64,000 nt of DNA from Candidatus Marinacidobacterales bacterium (GTDB lineage: Bacteria > Acidobacteriota > Vicinamibacteria > Marinacidobacterales > DATDRI01). The translations under genes were made by a program, and so were the position numbers. The stretch spans positions 320,001-384,000 of the forward strand of contig CBDCNP010000002.1 in assembly GCA_965219415.1 (NCBI GenBank). The letters run 5' to 3'. The notes beneath the pieces were generated by a model. The model was not told where the DNA came from, did no database searches, and saw nothing but the letters and a program-made list of their open reading frames with translations. Below, piece by piece: positions 60,610-64,000 of the stretch. Every line of letters starts with the position of its first letter. Within the stretch, counting starts at the first letter, position 1.

Positions 60610-62796
60610 TCAGAACTCGGCCTGCAGAGTGATCACAGCGCTGATTCCAGGGGCCGGGACCGCCCGACTGTCCGCGCTCACGGGGTACGACTGGTCTAAG
60701 AGGTTCCGCACCCAAAGCCGGACAGAACCCCACGAATTGAACTTCCAACCCCCACCCAGATCCATGATGAAGTAAGAAGGTGTTGGCCGCTCCGTCGGCC
60801 CCGGATCGTTGTCGGCGGCGAACCATGCAACCCGGAGCAGTCCATACACTGTGTCGCCCATCTGCTTCCGCAACTGTCCTGTGATCCGCTCCGCGGGAAT
60901 GTCGTCCAAGGGCTCGTCGTCATCAAGGGCCACGCCGGTCTCGAATTGAGCTCCCAGCTCCAAAGTCAAGTCCGGTGTTAGATCCACTTGGGCTTCCCCT
61001 TCGATTCCTTGCAGTCGCGCTTTGCCACGATTGCGAAAGAAGAACAGCCCTTGCCCTTCTTCGAAGCGCTCCACGAGATCGTTGATATCGTATCGGTAGA
61101 AGAAAAACGCCCAGCGCAATTTCTCCCGTCCGTAACGTAACGCCACATCGAACTGTAGAGAAGTCTCCGGCTCGAGATCGGGATTTCCGAAGGCGGTTCC
61201 TCGCCCGGTGACTCCTTTGAAGTACCGATCAGAAAGAAAGGGATCTCGGAAGCCGCGCGAGACCTGCCCAGTCAAATGGAGTCGCGAAGCGAGCTCGATT
61301 CGAAGCGAGCCGTATCCGGAGACTGCGTCGTTGCTCGTCGATTGGTCGCCATAAAACCCGCCGCGATTGGCGCTGGTCAAATGGTCGAACCTCACCCCGC
61401 CCCAGGCGCTCACTCGCCTGCCGAGCATGATTTCCCCGTTCGCATAGACTGCGGTATCGGAGCGATTCGCGTTTTCGATGGCCGGCTGCTGCTCGCGTTG
61501 GAAACGGACCGCTTCTGAAGCATCGGTGATGACCTCCGAATCCAAGGCCTCGAGATCGAAGCGTCCGTTTACGTCGAAACCCAACTCCAGTCGGGATGGC
61601 CCCAGGGGACGTACGGCGAGGGCTCGAAAGCTGAAATCATTGGCCGACACATCCGCCCCGCTCACGCGCCGAAAACCGGAAGGCCGAAGCTGCTCATCAC
61701 GTTCGGTGATCAGTCGATAGCTCCCGAGAAATCCGTTGAAGTCGACGCGCGTGAAACCGGCCACCGGATCTAAATCGTATGAGACCGTGAGCCGATGCGA
61801 ATTCTCCTCGGGGTGCGAGATACGAACCGGTTCGGGATCTTCTCTTGGGCGACCGATGTCTCGGCCGAGATCACTTTGCCACCCCACCGAGAAGAGACCT
61901 GCGCCAACCTCCTGGGTCACTCGGGCGAGGAATCCTCCATCGCTTGCCGAAGAGTTCGGAACCGTTCCCTCGGAACTTCGGTAGTCGGTGAAATTGCGGT
62001 AGCGAGCCTGAAAGAGCAAGCCGCCCTCGCCGAAACCCTGTGATATTTCTGCGCCCATACTCCGCTCTGGAATTCCGGCTCCCAAGCTCCCACGCAGGCG
62101 AACGCGCAACGGTGCGCCCGATTCGGGACGTCGGGTGCGAGCGTCGATGACTCCCCCGAACGCATCCGACCCATAGGCGACCGAACCGGGGCCTCGCGAT
62201 ACTTCGGTACCCTCTAGGAAGAAAGGATCAAGATATGTGGCGCTGGGACCGGCCCGGCGCTCCGTCGACACGCGAGCCCCGTCGATCAGGACGAGCGTGC
62301 GCCCCCTGGCCAAACCGCGGATAACAGGAACCGCAGCGTGAAGGTCCGATACCTGGCCCACCCCAGGGACGTTCTCCAACACTTCGGTCAACCGGACCGG
62401 ATGGCGCTGAGCGATATCCTCCTTGGGCACGACGCTGGTGCCGCTCGCGGGGGGTGCCTCGATGTGGGGGGCCGCGCCGCTGGTAACAAGCACCGTCTCC
62501 GACACCAAGGGCGACACCGTAACGACAACAGGCCCGGCGTCGGGGATTTCCTCGATGAGGACGGGGGCCATGTACTGCCCACCTGGCATGACTACCAGGA
62601 TCTCGAAGGGAAGCGGCGGATCGGGGCTGCGAGAGAACCAACCTTCGTGATCGGTTCGGGTCGAACCCGGATGTCCAAGCACGGAGACTGTCGCGTCCCC
62701 CACCGGTGTTCCGTCCTGCAGCACGACCCGGCCTCTGAACGCGAAGGCCGGCGACGCACAAACTGCGACCCCCGCAACCAACCACCAGAACTTCAT
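60610..62796 (-). CDS. TonB-dependent receptor
   Basis: Signal peptide, plug motifs (VPGV, IRG, LIDG, RGPGSVAYGS.A.GGVI), NPDLEPE and terminal Phe. Confidence 0.93.
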   Translation of the reverse strand: MKFWWLVAGVAVCASPAFAFRGRVVLQDGTPVGDATVSVLGHPGSTRTDHEGWFSRSPDPPLPFEILVVMPGGQYMAPVLIEEIPDAGPVVVTVSPLVSETVLVTSGAAPHIEAPPASGTSVVPKEDIAQRHPVRLTEVLENVPGVGQVSDLHAAVPVIRGLARGRTLVLIDGARVSTERRAGPSATYLDPFFLEGTEVSRGPGSVAYGSDAFGGVIDARTRRPESGAPLRVRLRGSLGAGIPERSMGAEISQGFGEGGLLFQARYRNFTDYRSSEGTVPNSSASDGGFLARVTQEVGAGLFSVGWQSDLGRDIGRPREDPEPVRISHPEENSHRLTVSYDLDPVAGFTRVDFNGFLGSYRLITERDEQLRPSGFRRVSGADVSANDFSFRALAVRPLGPSRLELGFDVNGRFDLEALDSEVITDASEAVRFQREQQPAIENANRSDTAVYANGEIMLGRRVSAWGGVRFDHLTSANRGGFYGDQSTSNDAVSGYGSLRIELASRLHLTGQVSRGFRDPFLSDRYFKGVTGRGTAFGNPDLEPETSLQFDVALRYGREKLRWAFFFYRYDINDLVERFEEGQGLFFFRNRGKARLQGIEGEAQVDLTPDLTLELGAQFETGVALDDDEPLDDIPAERITGQLRKQMGDTVYGLLRVAWFAADNDPGPTERPTPSYFIMDLGGGWKFNSWGSVRLWVRNLLDQSYPVSADSRAVPAPGISAVITLQAEF

Positions 62797-62957
62797 TTTG
62801 GACAGTATAGCTCGTCGTAGTACCTTGACATCACAAGCGATATGGCGTTTCATTAGGTTTGGGTAGACACTCCTCAAACACCGGGGACAGTACACGTAGC
62901 GGTCGCCGCTTTGGCGCAGCCGGGTCGACGAGGCCGACCTGGCGCGAGGGGGTACCG

Positions 62958-63515
62958 ATGGCAAGTTATGTCAACATGGATTCTTTTGCGGCTCGGCTGG
63001 AGAGCATGGCTGCCGCCGGTTTCGACACCGACGAAGTGCATGCTTACCTCAGCGACACGTTGATCGAGCCGTCTTCGCTCGACGCCTACGTGAGCTTCAA
63101 GTCGACTCGGTACGCCCGCAACCTGGTCCACAAGAGCAAAAGGTTCGAGATTCTCGTTGTTTGCTGGAAAGTTAGCCAAGGGGCACCGGTCCACGGACAT
63201 GAGGGAGAACGTTGTTGGGCCCGCGTGGAACGAGGCACGCTTCGTTTCGCAAACTTTCGGGAGGTATCGGAGAACCCTTTGATCGTAGAGGCATTAGGAG
63301 ACCCGGTCGACGGGGGCCCCGGGCACCTGGACGGTCCCGCCGATATCCACACCGTGGAAAACCCAGGCGACTCCGGGGAGGACGCTGCGAGTCTTCATGT
63401 GTACTCCTTCCCTTTCGACGAATGCGACATCTACGACCTGGCGCGAGGTGAGAAAAAACGAGTTCGGATGGAGTACGACACCATGTTCGGGAAATCCTTG
63501 GACCAGGCTCCCTGA
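62958..63515 (+). CDS. cysteine dioxygenase family protein
   Basis: YARNL, HGH, IH.V.N and SLHVY. Confidence 0.88.
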   Translation: MASYVNMDSFAARLESMAAAGFDTDEVHAYLSDTLIEPSSLDAYVSFKSTRYARNLVHKSKRFEILVVCWKVSQGAPVHGHEGERCWARVERGTLRFANFREVSENPLIVEALGDPVDGGPGHLDGPADIHTVENPGDSGEDAASLHVYSFPFDECDIYDLARGEKKRVRMEYDTMFGKSLDQAP

Positions 63516-63528
63516 AAGGTTCGTGTAA

Positions 63529-63999
63529 TTGGTCGAGCTCAATCACCACGAACGCTACGTAAGGGCCAAAATCCTCTACTACGGTCCTGCCGCTGGTGGA
63601 AAAACCACTAGTCTTCAAGTTCTCCATGCGCGTGCGCATGGAAACCAGAAGATGGAGCTGATCTCGGTCAATACCGCGCAGGATCGGACGATTCTGTTTG
63701 ACCTCCTCCCTTTGCGGACCATCGCCTTCCGCAGCTACGAGCTTCGATTCCAAGTGATCGCCGTTCCGGGACAGCGTCTCTACTCCGCGACACGCAAAAT
63801 GCTTCTCAAGGGAGCGGACACCATCGTCTTTGTCGCTAATTCCGCTGCCGATCGCTTCCAAGAAAATCTACAAAGCCTCAATGAAATGACCGAGAACCTC
63901 TTGAGCCACGGAATCGATCCGTCTTCGTTACCGGTGGTCTTTCAATACAACAAGAGGGATCTCCCGGATACGACGGAGATCAAGACCTTGGATCGTGCC
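63529..63999 (+). CDS. MglA-like small GTPase, runs off the window edge
   Basis: Manual translation: KILYYGPAAGGKTT, DRTILFDLLP, VPGQ, LKGAD and QYNKRDLP. Confidence 0.88.
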   Translation, partial: MVELNHHERYVRAKILYYGPAAGGKTTSLQVLHARAHGNQKMELISVNTAQDRTILFDLLPLRTIAFRSYELRFQVIAVPGQRLYSATRKMLLKGADTIVFVANSAADRFQENLQSLNEMTENLLSHGIDPSSLPVVFQYNKRDLPDTTEIKTLDRA

Positions 64000-64000
64000 C

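Noticed and set aside
62797-62957. Cobalamin riboswitch upstream of the TonB receptor
   Set aside because: The gap is short, shared with a divergent gene, and shows no B12-box.

Overview
A ~60% GC bacterial chromosomal window, probably from an Acidobacteriota (Vicinamibacteria-like) genome. That taxonomy is an inference from gene content: a Ser/Thr kinase-PD40 propeller, TPR, TonB-C and M14 proteins. Contents in order: a DUF1549/DUF1553 protein; a tandem SagB-type nitroreductase head-to-head with F420 genes cofE-npdG; a lexA-DUF3467-reduced DinB-like SOS unit; exeA/exeB; an IS3 element with a 3-bp target duplication inside a sodium:solute symporter; ubiG-msrP; addB-addA; a peptidase/transport cluster with an M23-M55 fusion; a selenocysteine BCP peroxiredoxin with a SECIS-like hairpin; two tandem genes fusing PilZ to a domain resembling a phage replication-initiator C-terminus, bracketed by palindromic repeats; a TonB-dependent receptor; a cysteine dioxygenase with the eukaryote-type Cys; and an MglA-like GTPase. 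About a dozen genes carry frameshifts or in-frame stops, probably mostly consensus errors, so pseudogene calls are provisional. All family calls come from motif recognition by eye; no database search was run. The best candidate for an undescribed system is the PilZ-replication-domain pair at 58546-60172.
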